The position numbers and the translations under genes are program-made. DNA of 64,000 nucleotides from Phoronis australis (taxonomy: Eukaryota; Animalia; Phoronida), in the NCBI GenBank assembly GCA_002633005.1, contig NMRA01000218.1, forward strand, positions 503,015-567,014. The letters are read 5' to 3'. Below the pieces are notes generated by a model. It was given only the letters and a program-made list of their open reading frames with translations, did not search any database and was not told the DNA's origin. Positions 36,000 through 46,839 of the stretch are shown here, in pieces (the first letter of the stretch is position 1; every line of letters begins with the position of its first letter).

Positions 36000-36220
36000 T
36001 TACTTTGCACAAGCTTCTAATGGTTTGAAGGGGTTAGATGGAGGTGTTCATACATATCATTAACAACGCCAGTCTTTCAAGTACCAGACTCTGTTTCGTG
36101 AGACAACCTGTGATGCATCCTGAGTGTTGCAGTGGATAATCGGTGCGACATTTCATTCTGAATGAAGCAAGAGATTTAGTTTCTACCCTTGCACAGTAGC
36201 CAGAACAAAGCCTGAATTTT

Positions 36221-36251
36221 GATATGTATATGTATATGTATATGTATGTAT
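36221..36251. repeat. (TATATG)n/(TATG)n microsatellite in the ARL13B 3' region
   Basis: gatatgtatatgtatatgtatatgtatgtat. Confidence 0.85.
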
Positions 36252-39200
36252 GGATTTCAAGGTTTTTTGGTACAGCTAGTTAACATTTCTTCCTAGATTC
36301 ACATTTCTGGACATGCGGAGCTAATTTCTAATTCTACGATCAATTTCTTTAACATGCTTGTTGGTGCTTACTTTATTAAAAATGTGCTCCGTCCACGATG
36401 TAGGGGCTGCTTGCTTTTTGACAGTCCGTGATCATTTGTACAAATTATTTGATATTGTTAAGTACATTTTTTCTTAAGTAGTGAAAGCAACTGATATCGG
36501 TCATTTGTTGCGCAGGATGAAAGTAGATATACTTAAATCGCAATCTCATATGTCAAGAAACGAAGATGTTTGCATTTACTGGACCAACCCCAGCCCCAGC
36601 TCAACCCTAACCCTAGCTTTTAGATGTAAATGACCTGGGCTGCTTCTCGTAGATGCAACAAATTGGCAAAACATAAGATCGTGTAAGTTTTCAACATTTT
36701 GCCGCGCATAACTAGCCAAGTACGTGATCTTAATAACTTTTCTCGGGAGAATCCTCTGTCTATGGAAAGCACCCCTGTTCCAGCGTTTTCGATGTTATGT
36801 AAGACCAGTGACATGCTCACTAGAACATTTTCCTGACGATGGGGCTGTTCAGGTGCTTTGTGTGGCTTTTTTATGCAGTAAGTGAAAGAAATATCCAAAC
36901 TATAGATGCTAATGATGTGTGTGGTGTCTTCTAGTCACCCACCTCTCTATGTTACTATTGTCATCAATTTCCTGCCAAGAGGTGGCGTTACATATACTAT
37001 AAATCATCTGTTGCAGTCGACATCTTGAGTTGATTAGAAACACCTAGTTTCACAGTACCTGGTATGTTGTCAATTGATGTTTACAAGAACCATTGCAGAC
37101 AACCCATGGCATTCTCATGAGTGCTGATCTAAGCTCGTTTTTCCGTGATTAGCAGAACAGTTATCGCATCTGCAATTACTGAAGCATGGTAAATAATTCG
37201 ACTGTGCATCTGTCAATGTGATGCTGCACAAATATTGCTGGGAATTCTTAACAATATACTAAGAATATCCGCTACATTTCAAAGCTGCTCATCAGAGTTG
37301 AAATTAAAGAGGGGGTGTTTCTCATGTTTCTTATGTTAAAAGTGCTCCAATGTCTCCTTCATGTGTCGGCAAAATGCGATAATAAATTGTGTGTCACTAG
37401 TGCTTACGAGGTTACTGGCTGTGACAGAGAAGCTGACTCTTGTTGCTGCTGCCCTCTGTTGGAGGTTAGGTCATGCCTGTTACTCTTGTTTTCAAGAGAG
37501 AGAATAATGCAGGATACTCATGATTTGTATGCAAGAGTACTTTGTGTACTACCTAATCTCAACCCCATTTAGCATTTTGCTGGAACATGCAATTTTGGCT
37601 TAAGTTTCTGACCTTTGCAAATATTAGAAACCAAGGTTCTCAATGAGAAATGGGTGTGTTCTCATGGTTCAACCAAATCATTAACATGTTACCATGTTTT
37701 CTTCATATGTAAATTTTCCCATTTTTACATTCTGTCATGCTTCCAAATAGTTATGTGGTGATACACAGCATGTGTTCTGTGAAAAATTCTTAGTGCATTT
37801 TTATCAAACACTTTAAAACATTGTTTTATTTTCTCAGTCTTTGTTATTTGTTTCGTAACATTTAGCAATGTGATGGCATTATACATATTGTTAAGCTTGA
37901 TTTTGCCATGCAGGCAGTCTGATGTTAAGCTTCCCGTTTCTGTGGGTGTAGAGCCAGTTAAGAAGTTTATATTATGTTTCGATTCATGTGCTCATCTGAC
38001 TATCATATCACTATATCAAACCAGTGGACACAAGCTCAAAAGCGCCATACTTACAGAAGAGAAGGGTCGAGGTTCAGCGCATAAGCAATATCACAATCAT
38101 ACTTAACTTGCTCTGTAATTGACTTTGTGTATTCTGCTGGCTGAAAATGATGTTCATTTTGGCAAAAAGCAATTGCTCCGTCCATCTAAGCAGAGCACAG
38201 CTGTAATAAAAATTTCACTCAGAAATTTTTACTTTATGAATCAATTAGTTGTGCAATTTCATTTGAAATTTTATTGTGGTGAAATGTTTGATGCATGTTT
38301 GTTGATGACATGGGGGCCTTATGAATAATAAATTGTATATTGTTGTATATTCTTCCATGTTTTAATTTTTCAAAATAGAAGACTGTCTTACTATTACCGT
38401 TTTTAACAACACAAAAGTTAAGGATTGACATAATTGCATCTTATTTTTTGATTTTTTATTTGATAGCCTTTAATTGGCCATGAACATACCACTGACATGG
38501 TTTAATTTTGTGTCACATTTTCACTATTTTGATGGAAATGTGGGTTGTCGTTTCAGTTTAAGTGGTACAAAAAATGGTATGGGAAATGATTTTTACTTTA
38601 CCTACTATTTTGTTCTCGGGGATTACTCTGCTCACATGGGTGTACATGGGTCTAGACCCCTTTTTTCACTTGATTTTAGTGAAACGAAATCTAGAATTTT
38701 CAAATTGTTGACTTGGGCTCCCTTTTTGAAAAAAAATCGTTGATCCGACCCCCTCCTAAAAATCTTGCTGGAATAGACCTGTCATAGGTCTTAAAGATGC
38801 TAAAAAGTCTACTGTCATTCAACAGGTATAGACGTGGGGCACAATTTTGGTTCTTGGTATTAAACATTTGGCCAGATATAAGGCCTATATAGGCCAGATA
38901 TAAATGAAACCCAGACTTGGGAAGCCCAGCTGCACCTCCCAGTAACTGCTCGTTGGGGTCACTGGGTCATAAATCACTGTTTTCTTCTTTATTCCTGAGA
39001 AAGAAATACTGTGAACTGATTTGACCTCATTTTTATTAAAAGAAAAAAGTATTTTATAGAAATCCAACCCTTTAAATTTGCAGCGTTTTGCTTTAGCTTG
39101 TAGCTTATAGTGGTGTGAAAAATGAAACCCCATTCTGGGGCAGGTTTTGTGTACGCACAATAGAGGTCACTTTAAGCATTCCGCGACAAGCCGAGTTTTA

Positions 39201-40047
39201 ACAGTCACTTTCAAACCCGTCTGTGTTTACTTATAATCCCAGCTCGCTAGGACCTCACAGCGATTGGATAATGATTTCAACAAAGTCGCAGTTCAACTAA
39301 AGCCTATTTTGCTAATGTAAATAGTCATTATTGTGAAAACAAATAGTTACTATTTGTTTATCACTCAACCTCGCTTTCAGAGCGGAGCGCTTTTGAACAT
39401 GAATCTCGGTCAGCTGTCAAGAGCTCAGGCAAGTGTGTTATTGTTAAATTTGTAGGCGGTAGATTCGAAATCGTAGAAGCTTTTTCTCGCTCGACGGGTA
39501 AGTTGGATGAGTTACCGGTTGGTTGTGATAACTCACTCATTGGCAGCAATATACTAAGCTTAGTTGTTGGTCACCGTCGATATGCCAGCCAAGGCAAAGT
39601 CGTGTAGCCTAATTATTTTTGCCTACCAGAGCAGATAACTTTTGACGGAACTGTAGGCTGAAAACTAGACACCCCAATAAATTCAGATTTAAGTGTCACT
39701 AAACGCAGTGCTGTCCATTTTGATGTTCTTTGATCCTTTACATATGCTAGAATTCGTCAGCTGACAGCCACTTATGACTGTTCTTAGTGTTCTTGCTTGC
39801 TCCTTTTTAATTTAACCCAAGCGGCATGACGGCAACTTTTCATTTGTACGGGATAGGTAATTTCTGCTTATTTAGAAAATGATATGCAATGTTGACAATG
39901 TACTTAGTATTTACTTCCAAGTTCACTAATAATTGTTTCCAAACATATGAAGTCATATTTAAATTACGAGGTATTGATTTGGTTACTTGTGACCTGTCGA
40001 CTGAGGTTGGGCACTGCTGACCTCAGGTTTGGCAACATGGTAAAAAT

Positions 40048-40114
40048 TAGGCAATGACCATCGCCTCTGTTGGCCCGAAGCATTCGGGCCAACAGAGGCG
40101 ATGGTCATTGCCTA
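40048..40114. mobile_element. 67-bp perfect-hairpin mini-element of the 7220-8147 family, with a 9-bp TSD
   Basis: 32-bp arm TAGGCAATGACCATCGCCTCTGTTGGCCCGAA, GCA loop, then the exact reverse complement; GGTAAAAAT at 40039-40047 and 40115-40123. Confidence 0.92.
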
Positions 40115-40369
40115 GGTAAAAATTTGAGGTTGCTATGAAGTCAGCAGTACATTGGAGGATGCATTCAGGATGTGAGCCTGTGTGTGTGATTTGGGCCCCG
40201 AGTGGGAGTACTTCTGGAAATTTACCATGAATCAGCATGCAAAACGCTCCTCGCTGATTTTTTTCTGGGGTGATCTTAGGTGCTTCGATAAACTGGTGCT
40301 TGATTCGTCACTAGCTTTTCAATGCAGGTATCTTGATGTTTATTTTCAACTCTTGCTAACAATGTTTCC

Positions 40370-40423
40370 ATGGTGACTTCAGTTTCGTTTCCCCACCTGA
40401 GAATTTTCCCAAGGTCGCATTTG
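40370..40423 (+). CDS. Candidate first coding exon (MVTSVSFPHLRIFPRSHL) of the unidentified downstream gene
   Basis: Acceptor aatgcag ending at 40327, upstream in-frame stop, 18 codons, TTG|gtgagt donor in phase 0 matching exon 44417. Confidence 0.5.
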
Positions 40424-40440
40424 GTGAGTGGACGTTATAT

Positions 40441-40883
40441 TACCGGGAATTTCCGTAGATAAGCCCATGGGCTTATATTCGGAAAATGAAAATTTTCAGG
40501 CGTTTTAGCAACACCAAATAAATGCTCGGGCGTTTATTCGGAAAAGGGGGCGTGTCAACAGAAAGTCATAGTTTTGCTTGACTTAACACTCTTTTCCTAA
40601 ACCTGCGTTTTTAATACTTTTTCTTAACAAATGCATAGTTCGTCAACATCTTGTTCTTTTTATAAATGATAAATGCTCCACAAAACTGAATTTGTGACAA
40701 AAAGTTGACGCTGAGTGGGCATTTAAAAGGAAAATTTCCAAATAAATGTCCCACTGTCTGGACAATTGAAACCAGAAGTTGTAACACCAAATAAACACCC
40801 ATGGGCGTGTATTTAGCACAATTTTCGGAATAAATGCCCGTTGGCATTTCATTGGGTGGGCTTATCTACGGAAAACCCCGGTA
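40441..40883 (-). mobile_element. TA-flanked MITE (Tc1/mariner/pogo-like), full copy
   Basis: TIR TACCGGGAATTTCCGTAGATAAGCCCA / TGGGCTTATCTACGGAAAACCCCGGTA; inverted relative to the 43136 copy. Confidence 0.85.
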
Positions 40884-41973
40884 AGCGTCGAGCTTTGCAT
40901 ATTGATTATTTTAATTATAAATCAAAAATCAGCCAGGTGCCTGTGCCTAAGTCATCCTCTGGCAAGGATGATGTATTGCCTATAGATCATATAACTTTGT
41001 CTTCTGAGGTGCATTCAATAGACCTTCTGACAATTGACCATCTAAGTTTTGTCTGCCGACTAGACAGTGAGGCATGACACGCAGTCTCTTACTTGGCAAG
41101 ACATCAACATGGGCAATGCGTTACCTGTCCCATAATTGCCTTCTTTCAAGTTGATGAGATAAACACTCAGCTATTAATTAGATTGTGATCTGTAGCCATC
41201 AATCGTAGTCATGGTCACCACGCTATAATTTGCGAAACGCTAAAGTCGTGTTGTCTGGCTTCTAAATGATTTACCTTCCAGCATAACAAGTGAAATAAAA
41301 TGATAAATTTTCCGTTGATCATGATGTTGGCTGTGCTCAGTAGCCTTGCTTACAGGGCTGACGTGCAAGTGTTCGGACTGTAGCTTACACCAAGTCACAT
41401 GTACACTTCCCAATCACCTTTGGCTTTAGACTGGTGCTGAAGGTGTTGGAAGGATTCAGATATACCCTACATTTGTGAGGGTGTGTTTGAACGCTGCGTG
41501 GGCACGTCAACTCTGCCATGTTCAAAGGAAGGCAAAATAAGGATAATGCTGTTTATTAAGCTAAAAACCAACTGAATTCCGTAGAAAACAAGTTTCCTTA
41601 ATTACACAACTCAATTTTTTGTTACCAGTAGTAAAAGTAAATCAAAACTTTTGACTCAAACTACCGACTGTAAAACAGGATGTCCCAAGGTAACTGTTGT
41701 ATTACCTAAACAATGATTTACGAGTATTTGAACTTATGTACTTATATTTCATGTAGCGCAAATTAGTTCAGTAGCCAACGTCTCAAACTTCAAACTTGGA
41801 CAAATCTGACTAGCAGTGGTGAGTCTTTCTGTTGGATCAATCGCTCAACTCCAGTTGGTTCATGGTACTATAGTAAATTAGAAGACAGAAATGAAGGGTT
41901 CCGCCCTAAAATGTTGTGGCATTGCACATGGGACTTTAAAGCTTCTGGACTTATAATGGATTAATGAGAGCTC

Positions 41974-42349
41974 TGCCCAGCTGCATGAACCGGTTCCTAA
42001 TAGGGAGTCGGCTAAGTTTTTTACTGTGTGTTTGTGAACTTGTGAAAATGTATTGATTGCACTTGCTTATGCCAGTTTTTGGCTTTGATACAAATCAAGA
42101 GTGAACTCTATGTTGAATTCTCATTATTGAAAATAAATAGGGATCTTTTCATGCATTCCCCAATTTAAAGAATGAGTCCCTATTCATTTTCACTGAACTC
42201 TGGGCTCAGTTTTTAATTATATTATTAGAAAATGTCAGTCAAAAAAGAGCTCATAATAAAGATGAAATGATAGAAAAAGATTACATTTGTGAGTAAATAA
42301 AGATACAAATACGCCAATATTTAGGGAACATAGTCGAGTCCCTATTTGG
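41974..42349 (+). mobile_element. Diverged third copy of the 410-bp Harbinger-like MITE, right end truncated
   Basis: Shares TATGCCAxTTTTTGGCTTTGATACAA, GGATCTTTTCATGCA and GGGCTCAGTTTTTA blocks with 30292 and 35372. Confidence 0.75.
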
Positions 42350-43135
42350 CAAATCCGTGTTGCTGAAAGAAGAATATTGAGTACAGGTCACGCTCAGGTG
42401 GATACATACGACCCACTGGGGGGGTCAACCAGTTGGGCGAGTTAATTTTAGTTTGATGTTAATTGTTATGTAGTGGGGATGCCGTACTAGTAGGCATTCC
42501 GATGGTCATCTTGTGATGGAGCTGTGTGGTAAAACGATTTACTTGTAGATTGGCAAAATAAAGTTTACTAAAAAGGAGTAAACGTTACGAATGGAAAAAC
42601 CTGTGAATAATAGGTCGGATATAAGCACTTTGCCAAAACTGTAATTATCTCCCTTTCATATTTTGCCCTATATAGGTTATTTGACCAAAAAAGTTGTCAC
42701 ATTGACAGAAAGTGTGGCTGTCAATGGACGATTTTTAACATGTGGCCATTAAGTAAATTGTGGTAATCATCGATGTTATAAAAGTTGATATGTGCTTTTG
42801 TACACACTCTCTCTTGAATAATCATCCAATCTTGTCTTTTGCAGCGTTTTTCTAGATGTCTGTCCAAATAGATGTGATATTCCGTTGGGCTAGAACTATT
42901 CCTACAAGAGTGGGTGTTATTTATTTACGAGCGCCGTTCCTGAAGGTAACGTTACTGTGAACTAATCAGGTTGTTTGGCTTCTATGCTCATTTCTGTTAA
43001 TTTTGTACACTGCTGGTAAATTTAAATTGACTTCTTGACCACGTTTTGATTATTAATATGGTTTGATACCAATTGTTATTATAAGCTTTGGGACTTATGA
43101 AATGGCACAGCCTGCATAGATGTACATTGTGTACA

Positions 43136-43653
43136 TACCAGGATTTTCCGTAGATAAGCCCACCCGATGAAATGCCTATGGGTGTTTATTCGGAAAATTA
43201 TGCGGAATACCCGCCCATGGGCGTTTATTTGGTGTTACGACTTGTGGTGTCAAGTGTCTAGACAGTGGGACGTTTATTTGGAAACTTTCCTCTTAAAAGT
43301 CCACTCAGCGTCAACTTTTTGTCACAAATTCAGTTTTGTGGAGCATTTATCATTTATAAAAACGAACAAGGTGTTGGCGAACTTTGCATTTATTAACATA
43401 AAATTTAAAAACTTTTTTAAGTAAGAGTGTCAAAGTCAGCAAAACTGTTGGCGAACTATGCATTTGTTAAGAAAAAATATTAAAAACGCAGGTTTAGGAA
43501 AAGAGTGTTAAGTCAAGCAAAACTATGACTTTCCGTTTACATGCCCCCTTTTCTGAATAAACGCCCGAGCATTTATTTGGTGTCGCTAAAACGCTTGAAA
43601 ATTTTCATTTTGCGAATGCAAACCCATGGGCGTATCTATGGAAATTACCGGTA
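43136..43653 (+). mobile_element. TA-flanked MITE, full copy with an internal tandem duplication
   Basis: TACCAGGATTTTCCGTAGATAAGCCCA ... TGGGCGTATCTATGGAAATTACCGGTA; homologous to 40441-40883. Confidence 0.85.
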
Positions 43654-44416
43654 ACATGAAATTACCTTCATCTGTATGGAGATGAGGGTAACAAGTGCTG
43701 AACAAGAATACTTCAGAAGCCAAATAGCATTTAGTCACCATGGAGATGGTGGAGTGGCTAGGTATTATTTCTTCTTTTGAATCGAATGCTACTTGGTGTC
43801 AACAAACAGAAAATGATTTCTTGTTTCTAGAACGCCTTGCCAATGTTATACCGATTGTTGACACTTTATCATGAGCAAATAAATCTGACTATGCAAGTTT
43901 GGTATCTCTGATTAGATAGCTTTTGGAGTGGATGTGTCCCTTGTATAGTGAGACATCTTCCTACAGGTGAAAACCCTGACACTTGCATTTGTCGTATTTG
44001 GAACAGCGTCCACACTGCGAATAGATATGTAGACAGATCACAGTAGACAGAGTCCTTTAATATCAGCAACATCGATCTAACTTCTTTTGTGTGGAGCAGG
44101 GTAATTACCGCATTAGCAATGACTTTAGAGTAGCAAAATACTGGGTGAATGTAGACTAAAACTGAGGATTTTTCGATTTGTTTGGCTTCTCAAATGGAAT
44201 TACCATGAAAAGTTACGTTGGATTAATTTTTTTGAGGGAGAAATATGATAAATAGCTAAAAATTATGTCATCGTTTTCGTTTTGTTGACCAAGAGACATA
44301 ACCAAGATACATAGCTGTTTGATGACTCTGGAGTTGAAATTGGAGGGGTGGGGGGGGGGGTATTTTATTTGTAATGTTCTTGCAATCCTTCTTATCATTC
44401 CCTCATTGTTTTTCAG

Positions 44417-44621
44417 CCATTTCCTGTTCCTCTTCACTGGAACAAAGCGCTTGAGGTCTACGAGTCTGCTGAAGTGTCTGCCCCTCAAGGCACCCACCTA
44501 GCTGAGCTTGATATTGACGGTTGTGTCTACCAGCTGGATGCCTTCGAAGTGCACTCGTTCACCTTTCAAGTAGAGCTAGTCATATTGGACGATAGGGAAT
44601 ACAGAGAACTCAGTCCATCTG
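44417..44621 (+). CDS. Coding exon of the unidentified downstream gene (PFPVPLHWNKALEVYESAEVSAPQGTHLAELDIDGCVYQLDAFEVHSFTFQVELVILDDREYRELSPS)
   Basis: Strong pyrimidine tract and tttcag acceptor; 205 nt open; G|gtaaga donor; phase 0 to phase 1, in frame with exon 63441. Missed by the ORF track. Confidence 0.7.
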
Positions 44622-46128
44622 GTAAGATCGGATGCTGAGGCATTTGTTTCGCGAAAAGTCATAAATTTGGTCTTTCGCTCCCCAGTCACAAAAGTGCTTT
44701 GATGTGCAAAAAGTTCAGTTCTGAGAAAGTGCAGTAGTGATACACTTGGTGATTGAACTTTTTTCTTTGAATCATTTTTATTGGCTATCGCATCAATGCT
44801 ATCAGCTTTATTTCGTTGTGAACAGGCTCCAATATAGTGCTTTGAATTCGATTTTCAACAAAGATGGCGTATGCTGTTAAGTTGGTTGCTCAGCCTCCCC
44901 ACATGATTATTGACAGGTGTATGTTTATATAATTTGTTTGTTAAAGCAAATTCTTTTTTCAGATGAAAGTGCGAAAAATATAACACAAATAAACAATTAG
45001 AAACTTAAATCATTTCCCATCAGATTTACTATTCAAATGATGATCAATTTGGTAACTTTTATTGCTTTTTATTTCTTTGATTTTTCTTCTTATGTTTAAA
45101 GTTACAAGCTTAAGAAATGCTTCCATGTTCCAGAGGTACATTTGAACCATGTGTTGTGTCCTGTGTTGTGAGCAATTTGACGTTAAGCAGAAATCTTTTT
45201 GCGTTTCTCATCTCTTATTTATATCCGAATGAAACTATATATAACGTCTAATTCATGTCGAAATTAAAAAGATCGATCACAACCGCAACCAGACGGGTCG
45301 CATTCCATTGTTTTATGTTATAACTTTCAAAATTCCTATGTATTTTGTGCCTTTCACAGTTGTCGCCTGGTATTAGCTGTAGTTATAGTACTCTATCATG
45401 CTCAGGGGTATGCCTGTGTTGACTTGTCACCTTGGTTCATTCATACATTCTTATGAATGCTCTATCTATCACCAGTAATAGGCTCATTACTGGCTTGTGT
45501 GATTAATGACTTTGTTTGCTTTGGCTTAGAAATAACTCCTCAACCCCAATGCTTGGGGGGGGTTGTGATAAGGTCGTAGATTCGCCAAAAACAACTCGCT
45601 TTTCAGCCAATGTTCAACTGCATCCTAGTCTTGAAAGGTTTTAACTTTTTCCACAAATTTTCTCCTTATGTTTAATTTCCTTAATTCTGTTCGTTTCTGA
45701 TTTCCATGAAAGAATATATATGCAGAAAAGGAGGAGACTACTTGACTGTTTTTGGGGGGGTTTTGGGGGAGGTGCAGGTAGGAAATGTGGACGCCCACAA
45801 GTTTAGGCTGTACACTTGGAAGAGAGTTCATTTGTTGGAAGCTTCCGTTCAAGAAGTCGTCCTTCTATTGAGTCTTGTTCTAGAAATGTCATCCTTTTGT
45901 TCCTGTAAGTCAAAATAGTAGAAAATTTATTTGAGACCAAAACTCCATAAAATATTAAATTGGATGAATATAAAAGAACGAGTTGTATAGGATGCAATAA
46001 CTCTGAGAGACGAAGATCAGGTCTAAGAACAACATAATTACATGAAATAATAGATATTAAATAATTATAATCATTGTTTAGTGAGATTTAAAACGGACAA
46101 TCACCGCACAAATGAAAAAATTTGTGTT

Positions 46129-46168
46129 CACTCGACGTTTCGTCTCATCATCACACATCATCAGGATA
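46129..46168 (-). ncRNA. Degenerate minimal type-I hammerhead-like motif (Penelope-like element terminal-repeat type)
   Basis: Minus strand reads atc CTGATGA t gtgtgatgatgagac GAAAC GTC gag; core boxes intact, stems I and II mismatched. Confidence 0.4.
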
Positions 46169-46290
46169 CATGTAATAATACAACAAGTGTCAAATACCAG
46201 TCAAGTCACATCCATGTAGTGAAGTAAGAGTAGCAAGAGATCTATAGTAAGTAGGTCATCACCATAGTTGTAGCGTCACTGAGCTCTTTA

Positions 46291-46839
46291 CAAGGGTTGG
46301 AATTTTCTGCGGAAACGCAGATTTCCGCTTTTTTCAAATGTTCTGTCCGTGTATTTTATTATATTTCCGCGTAAAAAAATCGGATTTGATGTAAAATTTC
46401 CGCGGCAAAGTCATTTCTTACCGTGGCGTTGCCGACAATTTTTACCTTGAAAAGCGGAAGTTTGTTTTTTATGTTTCGGAGGAACGTAAATTGTCAACAT
46501 TGCCGGGGCATCTGGGATAGCGTGGTGGATTTTTCAATGGCGACTCGTGTGATTGTAAACCGCGGTGACAAATACTACGGTAAGACTCTGTGCAGCCAAA
46601 AATGCGTGGTGTTGGGAGTGGACGGACGAGCTAAAAAGCTAAAAAGACGCAGACGCACGGTTCTGGAGACGGTACCGTTTTTTTTTTTTAGTCCTCCCGA
46701 TTTTTGTATGCAACAAAAGGTCTCGAGGCTGGGGAGTGCGCTTCGGGGTGTAAAAGTTTCCGCGTTTTCCGTCATCGGTCATTCCAAGCCCTGGACTAAA
46801 AGTTTCCGCGTTTTTTGCCATTGGTCATTCCAAGCCCTG
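46291..46839. mobile_element. hAT-like non-autonomous element with a duplicated right end
   Basis: CAAGGGTTGGAAT / ATTCCAAGCCCTG ends; TCTTTA on both flanks; right-end unit present twice; related fragment near 56472-56511. Confidence 0.6.

Noticed and set aside
36590-36617. CCCTAA-like telomeric motif
   Set aside because: Only about two degenerate units; not an interstitial telomere.
41890-41917. ATGAAGGGTTCCGCCCTAAAATGTTG, faintly like a Penelope hammerhead
   Set aside because: Both conserved core boxes are broken.
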